Positions 29,495-41,013 are shown, counted from the first letter of the stretch. The stretch is 64,000 nucleotides of DNA from an uncultured Muribaculaceae bacterium (GCA_910579995.1 CAJTWH010000007.1:11050-75049); one strand, 5' to 3'. The notes: generated by a model not told the origin, from the sequence alone. Numbers and translations: made by a program.

Positions 29495-29595
29495 AAGGAT
29501 AGGGGAAAATTAGGGGTGGATAAATAGTTGATTGTATGCTTTAAAAGCGGGCGGCTCTCGCGCCGGATAGCTTGGAGAGCCGCCTCGGAGTGGGA

Positions 29596-31353
29596 TTATA
29601 CCGTGAATTTCTCAAGTGCCGCAGGGTTGAGATAGCCGATGTGGCCTGACTCTTTTCCTGAATCTGCGGCAAGCTGCACATCAATCAGGCAAGGCTTCTT
29701 TGAGGCGATGGCCTCGGTGAGCGCTTTGCTTAGTTCTTCAGGCGTTGTCACGTAGTATGTGGTGGCGCCGAAAGCCTCGCCGAGTTTATCGTAGCGGGCG
29801 TGGATGTCGAGGGTGGTAGGTGCGGGGTCGGATGTTCCGCCGGGATTGACACCGATACCATTGTAGATACCGCCATTATTGAAAATCACAACCGTTACAG
29901 GCAGATTGTAGCGGCATATCGTAGAGAAGTCCATGCCGGAGAAACCGAAGGCAGAGTCGCCCTCGATTGCCACAACGCTCTTGCCGGTGGCTACGGCCGA
30001 ACCTACTGCCGAGCCCATGCCCATGCCCATGATTGCCCATGTGGCGCAGTCCACGCGGTGGCGCGGAAGCGTCATGTCGAGGGTGTCGCGGGTATCGTCG
30101 AGCGTGTTGGCGCCTTCGTTTACAAGTATCACATCGGGGTTGGCAGCCATTACAGGCTTGATGGCCGAGAGAGCAGTCCAGTGGTCCATAGGCACTGTAG
30201 CGGCATTGGCGGCCAGACGTGCGGCGAACTTGGCGTTTTTCTCTTTGGTCTGAGCCTGCAGTGATGATACCCATGTGGGATCCATGCTCATCTTGCGGGT
30301 AGACATTGCTTTGAGCAGGGCGTCGAGCGAGCTGGCCAGATCACCCACTACAGGGGCTGCGATAGGACGGTTGCAGTCGATTTCGGTAGGTTCGATATCG
30401 AGTTGTATGAATTTTGTCGCGGTGCTCCATTTGCCGTGACCGCGCGAAAGAAGCCAGTTGAGGCGTGCGCCGGCAAGAATCACTACATCGGCGTCTTCCA
30501 TGATGGTCGAGCGGCATGCAAGAGCGCTTAGCGGGCCGTTGTCGGGCAATACACCTTTACCCATCGACATAGGCAGGTAAGGAATACCGGTAGTGTCGAC
30601 AAGCTGTTTGAGTTGCTCTTCGACGCGGGCGAAGGCAGCGCCTTTGCCGATGATTATTGCCGGTTTCTTTGCCGAGGCAAGCATATCTGCGGCGCGCTCT
30701 ACGGCTTCCTGTGCCGGCGGCATTGCCGGGCAGAGATCTACAGGGTCGTAGAAGAGCTTGTCGGCGTCGGCTCCTTCCATGATTGCGCCGAGGCAGGTCT
30801 CGGTGACGTCAAGATATACACCGCCGGGACGCCCTGAGATGGCTGCACGGTAAGCGCGTACGACAGCTGTGGGGATATCTTCAGGTTTATTTACGCGGTA
30901 GGCGGCTTTTACGAGACCTTTGGCTACATTGAACTGGTCAAGGGCCTCATAGTTGCCTTGGTCAAGGTCGATAGGCTCGCGGGTAGACGATCCGCTGATC
31001 TGAATCATAGGATAGCAGTTTACCGTGGCATTGGTGGTTGAGGTAAGGCCGTTCATGAAGCCGAGCGACGATACAGTGAGAAGCACGCCCGGTTTGCCGG
31101 TGAGATAGCCGTGGGTGGCGGCTGCCATGCCGGCCTGCTGCTCGTGGCGGAAACCGATATAGCGTATGCCGCGTTCCTGAGCGATGTATGCAAGTTCGGT
31201 CACAGGTATTCCCACGAGGCCGTAGATGGTGTCGATTCCGACCATCTTGAGGGCACGTACGAGAATATCCATACCCGTTACCTGCTGTGGATATGTGGGG
31301 GTGGATGGAGTTGTGTTGCCACAGTTGCACCCGCCGTTATTTGTTGTTGCCAT
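29596..31353 (-). CDS. oxc: Oxalyl-CoA decarboxylase
   Basis: YGLVGIPVT, GFRHEQ, NEGANTLD, EGDSAFGFSGM, GKESGHIG; start revised to MATTNNGG. Confidence 0.93.
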   Translation of the reverse strand: MATTNNGGCNCGNTTPSTPTYPQQVTGMDILVRALKMVGIDTIYGLVGIPVTELAYIAQERGIRYIGFRHEQQAGMAAATHGYLTGKPGVLLTVSSLGFMNGLTSTTNATVNCYPMIQISGSSTREPIDLDQGNYEALDQFNVAKGLVKAAYRVNKPEDIPTAVVRAYRAAISGRPGGVYLDVTETCLGAIMEGADADKLFYDPVDLCPAMPPAQEAVERAADMLASAKKPAIIIGKGAAFARVEEQLKQLVDTTGIPYLPMSMGKGVLPDNGPLSALACRSTIMEDADVVILAGARLNWLLSRGHGKWSTATKFIQLDIEPTEIDCNRPIAAPVVGDLASSLDALLKAMSTRKMSMDPTWVSSLQAQTKEKNAKFAARLAANAATVPMDHWTALSAIKPVMAANPDVILVNEGANTLDDTRDTLDMTLPRHRVDCATWAIMGMGMGSAVGSAVATGKSVVAIEGDSAFGFSGMDFSTICRYNLPVTVVIFNNGGIYNGIGVNPGGTSDPAPTTLDIHARYDKLGEAFGATTYYVTTPEELSKALTEAIASKKPCLIDVQLAADSGKESGHIGYLNPAALEKFTV

Positions 31354-31431
31354 AATAAATAGTAGTAGTGGTTTATGTAAATATGCAGGCGCCGCGGTCA
31401 CACCGCAGCTGCCTGCATTTATGTGGTTTGA

Positions 31432-32733
31432 TTATTTCGTGGCGTCAGTCTTGGGCAGCGGAGCTGTGGTGCCGTTGGCTTTGAACGAGGCGATCTGCTC
31501 GGCGGTATAGCCAAGAGAGGTAAGCACTTCGTCGGTATTGCCGCCAAGGGTAGGACACGGGCCGTAGGTAGGCTGGTAGTTCGACATGGTGAAAGGTACA
31601 CCTACTGTCACGAACTCACCGACCTTGCCGCCTTGGTTGATCTTCACGAGGGTGTTGCCGTCGTAGAGAGTCTCGTCGTCCATGATTTCCTTGGTAGAAA
31701 GCACAGGTGCGCAGGGCACTCCGTAGGGCGAGAGCAGCTTGACGATTTCGTATTTGTCTTTGTTGATAGCCCAAGCCTGTACGCGGGCGATAAGCTCTTG
31801 TTTGTGGCGGTCGCGGGCGTCGGCGGTATTGAAGTCGGGGTTGGTGAGCCAATCCTCGAAGCCGAATGCCTGACATGCTTTCTCGAAGTCTTTGGCGCCG
31901 CGCTGGAAGATGATATATGCGTAGGCGTTGGGGTCGCTTTCCCAGCCTTTACATTTGTAGGTCCAGCCGAGCACACCGGAGCCCTCGGTATTGCCCGAAC
32001 GGGGAACGAAGTCCCCGAACTTGCCGTTAGGATACTGCGGGAACTGGGTAAGATAGCCGATTTTGTCGAGGGTAAGCTGGTCGCGGGTCTTGATACGGCA
32101 GAGGTTAAGACATGCGTTGTGCATTGACTGATATACGAAGCAGCCTTCGCCGGTGCGTTCGCGCTGGGCGAGCGCGGCAAGAAGACCGATGGTGATGTGC
32201 ATACCGGTGTTTGAGTCGCCGAGAGCAGCGCCTGACTGGGTAGGCACGTCGTTGTCGCCTTCATACCAGCCGGTGGTAGAGGCTGCAGCGGCTGTCACCT
32301 GTGCGATAGGCTCGTAGGCCTTGAGGTCGACATATTTCGAGCTAAGAGGGAAGCCTTTGATTGTGCCGTAGATACAGCGGGGGTTGAGAGCGTGAACGAC
32401 CTCCCAGCTGAAGCCAAGTTTATCCATGGCTCCCGGGTGGAGGTTTTCGATAAAGATATCAGCCTCTTTGATAAGGCGGGTGAGGATTTCCTTGCCGTCG
32501 GGGGTGGCGGCGTCAAGGGCAAGTGATTTTTTGTCAGAGTTGAGTTGGAGGAAGTAGTAGCTGGGGCAGTCCGGATCGAACTGAAGCTCCTTACGGGTAG
32601 CGTCGCCTACACCGGGACGTTCGATTTTGATAACGTCGGCGCCGAGCCATGCTAAAAGTTGAGTACAAGACGGGCCTGACTGCACTGCGGTGAAGTCGAC
32701 CACTTTGATACCTTGAAGAGGGGCAGTGTTCAT
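31432..32733 (-). CDS. frc: Formyl-CoA:oxalate CoA-transferase
   Basis: DFTAVQSGPSCTQLLAWLGADVIKIE, GAALGDSNTGMH, KCKGWESDPNAY. Confidence 0.93.
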   Translation of the reverse strand: MNTAPLQGIKVVDFTAVQSGPSCTQLLAWLGADVIKIERPGVGDATRKELQFDPDCPSYYFLQLNSDKKSLALDAATPDGKEILTRLIKEADIFIENLHPGAMDKLGFSWEVVHALNPRCIYGTIKGFPLSSKYVDLKAYEPIAQVTAAAASTTGWYEGDNDVPTQSGAALGDSNTGMHITIGLLAALAQRERTGEGCFVYQSMHNACLNLCRIKTRDQLTLDKIGYLTQFPQYPNGKFGDFVPRSGNTEGSGVLGWTYKCKGWESDPNAYAYIIFQRGAKDFEKACQAFGFEDWLTNPDFNTADARDRHKQELIARVQAWAINKDKYEIVKLLSPYGVPCAPVLSTKEIMDDETLYDGNTLVKINQGGKVGEFVTVGVPFTMSNYQPTYGPCPTLGGNTDEVLTSLGYTAEQIASFKANGTTAPLPKTDATK

Positions 32734-32887
32734 ACTTGATTTCGTTTATGTTAGTTTATGTTGATTCGTTTTTGTTAATCTTAATAGAAAACACCTGTAT
32801 GTCTGCTTTTGTTCATATCCGGCCTGTCTGTTTGTTTGATTATGAACGAATAATTATTATATTTGCACATCCGAAACCATAACAGTT

Positions 32888-33244
32888 ATGAAAAGATTCC
32901 TGCACGCCCTTTTGACGGTATTGATGATATATTTTTTGTGTCCTGCACGTGTGTCCGGACAGAAGATTTATTCTGTTGACCGCGCTTATCAGGCCGATGT
33001 CAAGGTATATGTAGTTGACAAGGAATATAAAGCCGATCTTGTCGTTTACCGCACCGACAAGGAGTACAAGGCAAAGGCCAATGAAAACAAGGGCTTGTGG
33101 TATATCTGTCAGAAACAATATCAGGCCGACAAGAAAATCTACTTTACCGACCACGAGTATGAGGCCGACATCAAAATATATTTCACCGACAAAGAATACA
33201 AAGCCGGCTGGAAGACCGCCGACAAGAAGTCTTTGATGTATTGA
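32888..33244 (+). CDS. Exported small repeat protein (DUF6150-like)
   Basis: Signal peptide; repeated Y(Q/K/E)AD.K(I/V)Y units. Confidence 0.7.
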   Translation: MKRFLHALLTVLMIYFLCPARVSGQKIYSVDRAYQADVKVYVVDKEYKADLVVYRTDKEYKAKANENKGLWYICQKQYQADKKIYFTDHEYEADIKIYFTDKEYKAGWKTADKKSLMY

Positions 33245-33263
33245 ACAAACTTAACACGTAACA

Positions 33264-33761
33264 ATGGATGAAATGACCGAAATAATTGAAATTTATCCGA
33301 GTAAGGCTGAAAGTGTAAAAGTTGTCATATATGGATGTGTTTTTGCTGCTGCAGGGTGGTGGATGATAATGTTTATGCCCGGGTACTGGACTACAATCGT
33401 GGGTTCATTTGCTATCCTCTTTGCCTTGGCCGGTATTTGTGTAAATGCATGGCTTAATATCAGGAGTGCGCGTAGAAAGCCTGCGGCTATGATTTATGAT
33501 GACAGAGTGGCTGCTTTCAAGCCGTTGCAAGGCAGATACGATGTTGTGATGTTCGATGAGGTAAAATCTTTTTCAATCAGCGCAATATCTGCAGCAAAAT
33601 TTATTAGTGCTGAATACTGTGACGGTACTGTAGAGTCTCTCAACATAAGCAACTCTCTCGTTGGCAATATAGAGCAGATATGCGACATACTCAACGACCG
33701 CCTCTATCAATACCGCCTCGATAATCATGAATATCCAAACGAAAGCGGCGAAGCCTTCTGA
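33264..33761 (+). CDS. Hypothetical two-TM membrane protein
   Basis: 165 aa ORF with two N-terminal TMs and soluble C-terminal domain. Confidence 0.6.
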   Translation: MDEMTEIIEIYPSKAESVKVVIYGCVFAAAGWWMIMFMPGYWTTIVGSFAILFALAGICVNAWLNIRSARRKPAAMIYDDRVAAFKPLQGRYDVVMFDEVKSFSISAISAAKFISAEYCDGTVESLNISNSLVGNIEQICDILNDRLYQYRLDNHEYPNESGEAF

Positions 33762-33812
33762 AAAAGCTCCGCCGCTTTATAGCAAATGACGCGGGATTAT
33801 TCCCTCTCGATT
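33737..33812. repeat. Direct repeat copy A of guaA 3' end plus terminator (att-like)
   Basis: Matches 34488..34562 with ~2 substitutions and 1 indel; contains AAAGCGGCG/CGCCGCTTT hairpin. Confidence 0.9.
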
Positions 33813-34305
33813 ATAAATCTTCGACACATCGTTTGAAGTCATCGATTCTTCCATCGACAATCTTTATTCGTGTCATTCCGGTCCAACCCATATCAGAGTA
33901 TTTAACGACATACCAATCATCTCCGATATTCTCAATATTGATGATTTCAGATTCCCCGGTCGTACCCGGCTTGGAATCTTGCTCTTGGGTCCTCAATTCA
34001 TAAAAGGCGTAGCAGTTATTGTCTTCACAGTCGAAATCATAACTATCCTTGAGTTTTTTCAAGGCATTTGCCGAGAAATAGCGTTCAGGGTGGGCATATA
34101 CTTCTGAGGTTGCGTCAATCGCAAATACGAAATTTGAATATACCGTTTTTATCAAGTCTGAATAATCCAAAGGATTGATAGCTGAATTACCCGTTGCTAT
34201 CTCTTTTTCTACGCGTTCAGCCTCATTGGCAGAAGCGTCCTTTGCCCCACAAGAGCAGATAGCATGAGCTAATGTAAAAGCGAAAATCAGTTTAATAAAT
34301 TTCAT
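33811..34305 (-). CDS. AT-rich lipoprotein of unknown function
   Basis: Lipobox-like ICSC; own -7 box TAGATTTG at 34425-34432; flanked by direct repeats. Confidence 0.7.
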   Translation of the reverse strand: MKFIKLIFAFTLAHAICSCGAKDASANEAERVEKEIATGNSAINPLDYSDLIKTVYSNFVFAIDATSEVYAHPERYFSANALKKLKDSYDFDCEDNNCYAFYELRTQEQDSKPGTTGESEIINIENIGDDWYVVKYSDMGWTGMTRIKIVDGRIDDFKRCVEDL

Positions 34306-34487
34306 CGTGATTATAATTATTTCAGTAATTTCCTGTCATAGTCATTACTCTCCAAAACGCTCATTTGTTTGTATTTTGTACTGTAATTTTTGACATGGAT
34401 TATGAAGTCGTTCATTATCAAGCGCAAATCTACGAAATTTTTCTGAGACTCCGGTATGTGTGGCGCTTTCGACCGTAAATATTATCA

Positions 34488-34562
34488 AAACGAAAGCGGC
34501 GAAGCCTTCTGAAAAGCTCCGCCGCTTTATAGCTAATGACGCGGGATTATTCCCACTCGATT
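34488..34562. repeat. Direct repeat copy B (native guaA 3' end plus terminator)
   Basis: Includes last 16 nt of guaA (AATCGAGTGGGAATAA on minus strand). Confidence 0.9.
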
Positions 34563-36082
34563 GTTGCCGGTGGTTTTGAGGAGATGTCGTAGCATACGCG
34601 GTTAACGCCGCGCACCTTGTTGATAATCTCGTTGCTCACTTTGGCGAGGAACTCGTAGGGGAGGTGAGCCCAGTCGGCTGTCATGGCGTCGGTAGATGTC
34701 ACGGCGCGCAGAGCAACGGCATTTTCGTATGTACGCTCATCGCCCATCACACCTACACTCTGCACGGGCAGCAATATCGCGCCGGCCTGCCATACTTGGT
34801 CGTAAAGACCCCAGTCGCGCAAGCCTTGGATAAAGATATGGTCGGCTTGCTGGAGCACATGCACTTTCTCCGGTGTGATATCGCCGAGAATACGTACTGC
34901 AAGGCCGGGGCCGGGGAAGGGATGGCGTTTGATAAGGTGTTCGGGCATACCGAGAGCACGTCCGACGGCACGGACTTCGTCTTTGAAGAGCAGGCGCAGG
35001 GGTTCGCATAGTTTCAGCTTCATGCGCTCGGGCAGGCCGCCTACGTTGTGGTGGCTCTTGATGGTGGTGCCTGTGATGGAGAGCGACTCTATGCAGTCGG
35101 GATAGATAGTGCCCTGTGCAAGCCACTTCACATCTTCGACTTTAGAAGCCTCCTCGTCGAATACCTTGATGAAGTCAGCGCCGATAATCTTGCGTTTGCG
35201 CTCGGGTTCGGTGACACCTGCGAGATCGCTGAAGAAACGCTCGGAAGCGTCGACGCCACGCACATTCAGGCCGAGGCACTCATAATCGTTGAGCACCGAT
35301 TTGAATTCATCCTGACGCAACATGCCATGGTCTACGAAGATACATGTGAGGCGGTCGCCGATAGCCTTGTTGAGCAGCACGGCGGCAACCGAAGAGTCTA
35401 CACCGCCGCTGAGGCCGAGCACCACTTTGTCGTTGCCGAGTTGCTCGCGAAGCTCTGCAACTGTGCTTTCGATGAAGCTCTCAGCGCTCCATGAGCAGTC
35501 GGCTCCGCAGATACCTACGGCGAAGTTGCGCAGCAATGTCATGCCACACTCGCTGTGATAAACCTCGGGGTGGAACTGCACGCCAAAAATCTTGCGTCCG
35601 TCATCGGCCATGAAAGCCGCATAGCGCACTTCGGGAGTCGACGCCACGCAGCGGCAGTGCTCAGGCAGGCGGGTGATGGTGTCGCCGTGGCTCATCCATA
35701 CCTGCGCGCCGGGCTCAATGCCGTCGAAGAGAGGGCAGTCGGGGGCGATGTCCTCAAGATGTGCGCGTCCATACTCGCGGCTCGACACCGGCTCTACCTT
35801 ACCTCCGTTTTCAAATGCCATAAGCTGGGCGCCATAGCAGATTCCAAGCACGGGTACGGCGGCAAAAATGGGGTCGAGATTGATGTGGGACGAGTCTTCG
35901 GCATATACACTCAGCGGGCTGCCCGAGAGTATGACGCCGATGATACCCTCGGCGGTTTCCCGCCCGTAAGGGTACTTGTTGTAGGGGATGATTTCGCTGT
36001 AGATGCCCAGTTCGCGGATACGGCGTCCGATGAGCTGGGTGGTCTGAGACCCGAAATCAAGAATGACAATCTTTTGCTGCAT
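34547..36082 (-). CDS. guaA: GMP synthase (glutamine-hydrolysing)
   Basis: [45 protein letters not shown]. Confidence 0.97.
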   Translation of the reverse strand: MQQKIVILDFGSQTTQLIGRRIRELGIYSEIIPYNKYPYGRETAEGIIGVILSGSPLSVYAEDSSHINLDPIFAAVPVLGICYGAQLMAFENGGKVEPVSSREYGRAHLEDIAPDCPLFDGIEPGAQVWMSHGDTITRLPEHCRCVASTPEVRYAAFMADDGRKIFGVQFHPEVYHSECGMTLLRNFAVGICGADCSWSAESFIESTVAELREQLGNDKVVLGLSGGVDSSVAAVLLNKAIGDRLTCIFVDHGMLRQDEFKSVLNDYECLGLNVRGVDASERFFSDLAGVTEPERKRKIIGADFIKVFDEEASKVEDVKWLAQGTIYPDCIESLSITGTTIKSHHNVGGLPERMKLKLCEPLRLLFKDEVRAVGRALGMPEHLIKRHPFPGPGLAVRILGDITPEKVHVLQQADHIFIQGLRDWGLYDQVWQAGAILLPVQSVGVMGDERTYENAVALRAVTSTDAMTADWAHLPYEFLAKVSNEIINKVRGVNRVCYDISSKPPATIEWE

Positions 36083-36113
36083 TTATTTATGGTTTGAAAT
36101 TGTTTTTAATCAT

Positions 36114-37595
36114 TTATCGCCTCCAGAATGCGGGGGTGAGGAGTACCAGCACCGTGAATATCTCAAGACGGCCGATAAGCATAAGGGCCGACAATATCCA
36201 TTTGGCTGCGTCGTGGAGTATGTCGTAGCTGTTGCCATAGCCGGTTATACCGGCGCCGAGGCCGGTGTTCGACAGGCAGGAGAACGATGAGAAAAAGGCG
36301 TCGACAATAGGCACATCGAAGAGCGTCAGTGCAAGTCCGCCTCCGACTATCAGCAACATGTAGATACACAGAAACGCTATCACCTTCGACACCAAGTCGG
36401 GATTTACGACCTTGTCGTTGACCTTTACCGACAGTATCGAATTGGGGTAAAGGCAGCGGTAGAGCTCATTGTCGGCGTTTTTGAAGAGATAGAGTATGCG
36501 GTCAATCTTCGCGCCGCCGCTCGTGCTGCCGGCACAGGCACCGAAAAACATCATCACGAAGGTCAAGGCGAGGATAAACGGTCCCCATGATTCAAAGTTG
36601 TTCACCGTGAAGCCGGTAGAGGTTATGGTAGATACGATTTGGAAAAGCGGGTCGATGGTCACGCTTTCCCAACCGGTGTATTGTCCGCGCCAAGCTATGC
36701 TCACCGCAAACAATACCAGCATGATAAAGATAATCTTTATATAGAGGTTGAATACATCATTCTTGCGCAAGGCAGCGAAATTGCCCTGCAATGTCTTGAA
36801 TATGAGGCCGAAATTGACACCTCCGAGAAACATGAACACTATCAGCACACTCTTGATATACACCGAGTCGTGCCATGCCGCTATGCCTGAGCTGTCGGTA
36901 GAGTAGCCGCCCGTCGACACCGCGCCGAAAGCATGGCATACGCTTTCGAATAAGCTCATCGGCCCTGCCCAGAGGAGCATGACGAGTATCAATGTGAGCA
37001 TGAGGTAGATAAACCATAAGCTCTTGGCCGTCTGGCTGATACGGGGGCGAATCTTGTCGTGTGTGATACCGGTAACCTCTGCGTTGAACATCTGCATGCC
37101 GCCTGAGTGATTGAGCATAGGTATCACGGCCAAGGTGAAGAGTATGATACCCATGCCGCCTATCCACTGCATCATGGCGCGCCACAGATGTACTCCGTGG
37201 CTCATCTCGCTCACTGAGTTGAGCACTGTAGCGCCGGTGGTGGTAAAGCCCGACATAGCCTCGAAGAACGCGTCGCTGTAGGTAAGCGGATTGCTGCAGA
37301 AGAGGAATGGAATTAGGCCGAAGAGTGAAAAAACCACCCATACCATAGCCGTAAGCAAAAAGCCGTCGCGCTTGCCCATGTGCTGGCTCGTAGGGCGGGC
37401 GCGGAATGCCAGAAGCACTCCGCTCAGCCCGGTCACGCCTGCCGTACAGGCAAAGGGCAGCCAATCACTCTCGCCGTATGCAAGGCTCGTGAGTGTCGGC
37501 ACGAGCATGAAGCATGCCTCTATCATCAAGAGCCAGCCCATAATGCGCATGAGCTGACGGAAGTTGATAAGATGGCGGCGGAGATTCTTTAACAT
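36114..37595 (-). CDS. trkH: Trk potassium uptake membrane subunit
   Basis: SGFTTTGAT, QWIGGMG, STGG, AGSTSGGAK, NTGLG, IGRLE. Confidence 0.92.
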   Translation of the reverse strand: MLKNLRRHLINFRQLMRIMGWLLMIEACFMLVPTLTSLAYGESDWLPFACTAGVTGLSGVLLAFRARPTSQHMGKRDGFLLTAMVWVVFSLFGLIPFLFCSNPLTYSDAFFEAMSGFTTTGATVLNSVSEMSHGVHLWRAMMQWIGGMGIILFTLAVIPMLNHSGGMQMFNAEVTGITHDKIRPRISQTAKSLWFIYLMLTLILVMLLWAGPMSLFESVCHAFGAVSTGGYSTDSSGIAAWHDSVYIKSVLIVFMFLGGVNFGLIFKTLQGNFAALRKNDVFNLYIKIIFIMLVLFAVSIAWRGQYTGWESVTIDPLFQIVSTITSTGFTVNNFESWGPFILALTFVMMFFGACAGSTSGGAKIDRILYLFKNADNELYRCLYPNSILSVKVNDKVVNPDLVSKVIAFLCIYMLLIVGGGLALTLFDVPIVDAFFSSFSCLSNTGLGAGITGYGNSYDILHDAAKWILSALMLIGRLEIFTVLVLLTPAFWRR

Positions 37596-37598
37596 GTC

Positions 37599-38933
37599 TC
37601 AGTTGAATAATTTTTCCACTTTATGCAGAGCGCCGGCAAGACAGAACACAAGTACATGGTCGCCCGGCTCAATAACTGTATTACCGGTGATGAGCATGCC
37701 CTCTTCGCCGCGTATCAATCCGGCAAGGGTGAGCTCGCGGGGCAGTGTCAGGTCTTTGATAGGGCCTCGGGTAATCTTGGAGCCGGGGCGAGCCTCAAGT
37801 TCTGCAACCTCGGCGTCGGCGAGGGCAAGGCATTTGGCCGTAGATGAGTCAGCGTCGAGAAGCAACTGGAAGATTGTGCTCGACGCAAGCAGTTTTTTAT
37901 TCACTACAGTGCCGATATTGAGATTCTCGGCTTGGGATATGAATTGTATGGTCTCTACGTCGGCCACGGTTTTCTTCATGCCCAATTCTTTGGCAGTGAG
38001 ACATGTGAAAATATTTGTCTCGCTGCTGTCGGTGAGAGCTACGAAAGCGTCCATATCGGCAATGCCGATGTCGGCGAGCAAGTCGGTGTCGCGGGCGTCG
38101 CCGTGGATAATCTCGCAGTCGGGGCATTTTTGCGGCAGCTTGCGGCAACGGTCGTAATCGCTCTCGATAATCTTGAATCGGAAATCCTCGTGGCCGAGGT
38201 TTACAAGGCGGATTGCAATCTTGGAACCACCCATGATGAGCACGCGCTTGATACGCTGCTGAGTCTTGCCGGTGAGCGATATCAGCTCCTCGATATGGTC
38301 GTGGGTGGTGGTGAAATAGAGTATGTCGCCGGCGTCGAGGTGGTCTTCGCCTCGGGGTATGATGGTCTCGTGGTTACGCTTGATGGCCGAAACGTGGAAA
38401 TTGCGGTTTGTGAAAGCGAAGTCCTTGAGTTTCATGCCCACGATCGGAGCACCTTGGCGTAGTTTTACACCGGCGAGGATAATACGTCCGTTGTGAAGCT
38501 CAAACCAATATCTGGCCCATGTGCGCTTGAGGGCGTTAATTATTTCTTTTGCGGCGAGATATTCAGGATAGATAACCCGGTCGACACCCATGTGGCGCAC
38601 GTGTGCGGCGTTGGCCGGGTCCATGAATTCGTATGTGTCGATACGCGCTACGGTAGTGGTCGCTCCGAGGTTCTTGGCTATCGAGCATGCCACGATGTTG
38701 TTTGATTCGTAGGGCGTTACGGCTATAAACAGGTCGCAGCTTCCGGCTCCGGCCTCGCGGAGACTCGCAAATGACGTAGGATTGCCTACAACGGTCATCA
38801 TATTGTAGTTCGCATCAAGCACTGCAAGACGCTCGGCATTGTCATCGACAAGCATGATGTCCTGCTCCTCGTTGCTAAGGAGTTTGGCAAGGTGCGAGCC
38901 TACTTCGCCGGCTCCGGCAATCACTATCTTCAT
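37599..38933 (-). CDS. trkA: Trk potassium uptake NAD-binding subunit
   Basis: [12 protein letters not shown]; two RCK domains (IMGGSKI). Confidence 0.92.
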   Translation of the reverse strand: MKIVIAGAGEVGSHLAKLLSNEEQDIMLVDDNAERLAVLDANYNMMTVVGNPTSFASLREAGAGSCDLFIAVTPYESNNIVACSIAKNLGATTTVARIDTYEFMDPANAAHVRHMGVDRVIYPEYLAAKEIINALKRTWARYWFELHNGRIILAGVKLRQGAPIVGMKLKDFAFTNRNFHVSAIKRNHETIIPRGEDHLDAGDILYFTTTHDHIEELISLTGKTQQRIKRVLIMGGSKIAIRLVNLGHEDFRFKIIESDYDRCRKLPQKCPDCEIIHGDARDTDLLADIGIADMDAFVALTDSSETNIFTCLTAKELGMKKTVADVETIQFISQAENLNIGTVVNKKLLASSTIFQLLLDADSSTAKCLALADAEVAELEARPGSKITRGPIKDLTLPRELTLAGLIRGEEGMLITGNTVIEPGDHVLVFCLAGALHKVEKLFN

Positions 38934-40849
38934 TTTTTACTCAATTCGTTGATAGACTTAAGAATATCGTCGCTCGTGAAGCCGCATATAGCCTGTAGCT
39001 GTGCCAGCGTGCCCTGCGGTATGAATCTGTCGGGTATGCCGAGACGATGTACGGTGCGTTGATAGCCATGGTCGGCGAGCCAGTCTTCCACCGCCGATCC
39101 GAGGCCTCCGTCGCGCGTGCCGTCTTCTACCGTAATGATAGGGCAGTCGAGCTGAGCCACTTCTTCAAGAAGTTCGTCGTCGAGCGGTTTGAGGAATATC
39201 ATGTCGTAGTGGGCAGCGTCTATGCCGTTTTTGCGTGCTTCGGCGACGGCCTTAGCCGCGTCGTCGGCGACAGGGCCGATTGTCAGCACTGCAATATCCT
39301 TGCCGGCTGTGAGGCGCTCGCCTTTTCCGATAGCCATTGCCTTGAACTCGCAATGCCAGTCGCTCCGATGGCCGGCTCCACGCGGATAGCGTATGGCAAA
39401 GGGGCCGAAGTCATCTGTCTGTGATGTATAAAGCAGGTTGCGGAGTGCACATTCATCGCGGCCCGACGCTATGATCAGGCCGGGGATAGAGCGTAGATAA
39501 GCAAGGTCGTAAGCGCCGTGATGTGTGGCGCCGTCCTCGCCTACAAGCCCTGCGCGGTCTATGCAGAAAGTCACCGGCAGGTGCTGGAGAGCTACGTCGT
39601 GGATTATATGGTCGTAGGCTCGCTGCAGGAAGCTCGAATAGATAGCCACGTAAGGGCGCATGCCGTCTTTGGCAAGGCCGCCGGCGAAAGTCACCGCATG
39701 GCCTTCGCTGATTCCTACATCAAACACCCGCTCAGGCATTACCGACTGCATGATACCTACCGATGTACCGGAAAGCATGGCTGCCGTGATACCCACAATC
39801 TTGGGATTCTTCTGTGCCAGTTCTACCAATGTATGGCCGAAAACATCCTGATATTTCTGAGGTTTGGTCGGGTCGCATTTTGCTCCGGGTCGTTCGCCTG
39901 TGGCCGGATTGAATTTTCCGGGGGCGTGCCAAGAAGCCGGGTCGGCCTCGGCCGGGGCATAGCCTTTGCCTTTCACTGTGCGCAGGTGGAGTATGCGGGG
40001 GCCATCCATGTCGCGTATGTCGTTGAGGACACGCACGATAGTGTTGATGTCATGGCCGTCGAACGGGCCGAAGTATCGTATGTCGAGACCTTCAAAGAGA
40101 TTTTGCTGCTTGCTGATGAGCGATTTGAGGCTGTTGTTGAAGCGCAGGAGCGCACCCTTGCGCCGGTCGCTTACAAGATGTAGCTTTTTGAGCAGCTTGA
40201 ATCCCTTGTAGCGAAGGTCATTATATAATTTCGATGTTGTGAGATGGGCAAGATATGAGTTGAGGGCGCCAACATTGGCGTCGATCGACATATCATTGTC
40301 GTTGAGCACTATAAGCAGGTTGTTGGGCGTGATTGAGGCGTTGTTGAGACCTTCGAATGCAAGGCCACCGCTTATGGAGGCGTCGCCTACTATAGCCACG
40401 ACATTGCGGCGGGGCGACTCTTGTTGGAGCTGCGACGCAACGGCCATTCCCAAGGCTGCCGAAATTGAGTTGGAGGCATGGCCGGCAGAGAAAGTGTCGT
40501 ATTCGCTTTCCTGCGGATTAGGGAAGCCGCTCAGACCGCCTAATTTACGGTTGGTTGAAAAGGCGTCGCGGCGTCCGGTGAGAAGTTTGTGGCCGTAGGC
40601 CTGATGACCCACATCCCACACCAAGCGGTCGTAAGGAGTGTTGAACACATAATGCAAGGCGACGGTAAGCTCTACTGCGCCCATGCTCGAAGCGAAGTGC
40701 CCCGGATTTTCCGAGAGCGAATGAATCAGGAAATCACGGATTTCACCGCACAGCTGTGGCAACTGTTCAGGCGACAATCTGCGGACGTCGGCCGGCGAGT
40801 CTATTCCGGCAAGCAACTTTCCGCATTGATATGATGATGACGCACTCAT
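38930..40849 (-). CDS. dxs: 1-deoxy-D-xylulose-5-phosphate synthase
   Basis: [38 protein letters not shown]. Confidence 0.96.
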   Translation of the reverse strand: MSASSSYQCGKLLAGIDSPADVRRLSPEQLPQLCGEIRDFLIHSLSENPGHFASSMGAVELTVALHYVFNTPYDRLVWDVGHQAYGHKLLTGRRDAFSTNRKLGGLSGFPNPQESEYDTFSAGHASNSISAALGMAVASQLQQESPRRNVVAIVGDASISGGLAFEGLNNASITPNNLLIVLNDNDMSIDANVGALNSYLAHLTTSKLYNDLRYKGFKLLKKLHLVSDRRKGALLRFNNSLKSLISKQQNLFEGLDIRYFGPFDGHDINTIVRVLNDIRDMDGPRILHLRTVKGKGYAPAEADPASWHAPGKFNPATGERPGAKCDPTKPQKYQDVFGHTLVELAQKNPKIVGITAAMLSGTSVGIMQSVMPERVFDVGISEGHAVTFAGGLAKDGMRPYVAIYSSFLQRAYDHIIHDVALQHLPVTFCIDRAGLVGEDGATHHGAYDLAYLRSIPGLIIASGRDECALRNLLYTSQTDDFGPFAIRYPRGAGHRSDWHCEFKAMAIGKGERLTAGKDIAVLTIGPVADDAAKAVAEARKNGIDAAHYDMIFLKPLDDELLEEVAQLDCPIITVEDGTRDGGLGSAVEDWLADHGYQRTVHRLGIPDRFIPQGTLAQLQAICGFTSDDILKSINELSKK

Positions 40850-41013
40850 TTCTTCACATATTTTTTATACATCGGCACAAAGATAATGATTGCCGACGCT
40901 ACTATTACAAAAGCTGTGTAGGCGGTGAATCTCGTGTGCATAAGGATATAAACCACAAGTAGTAGCCAAAGAATACCCAATATGACAAAGCGCAGTATGA
41001 CCGATGTCTTCAT
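40846..41013 (-). CDS. Small 55-aa two-TM membrane protein (not in ORF track)
   Basis: [59 protein letters not shown] overlap with dxs; promoter TTTG-N20-TAACTTTG at 41033-41064. Confidence 0.7.
   Translation of the reverse strand: MKTSVILRFVILGILWLLLVVYILMHTRFTAYTAFVIVASAIIIFVPMYKKYVKK

Noticed and set aside
32888..33244. Periodic (T/G)A(G)GCCGA repeats that might suggest CRISPR or a tandem array
   Set aside because: They encode the in-frame Y(Q/K/E)AD protein repeats; no spacers or cas genes
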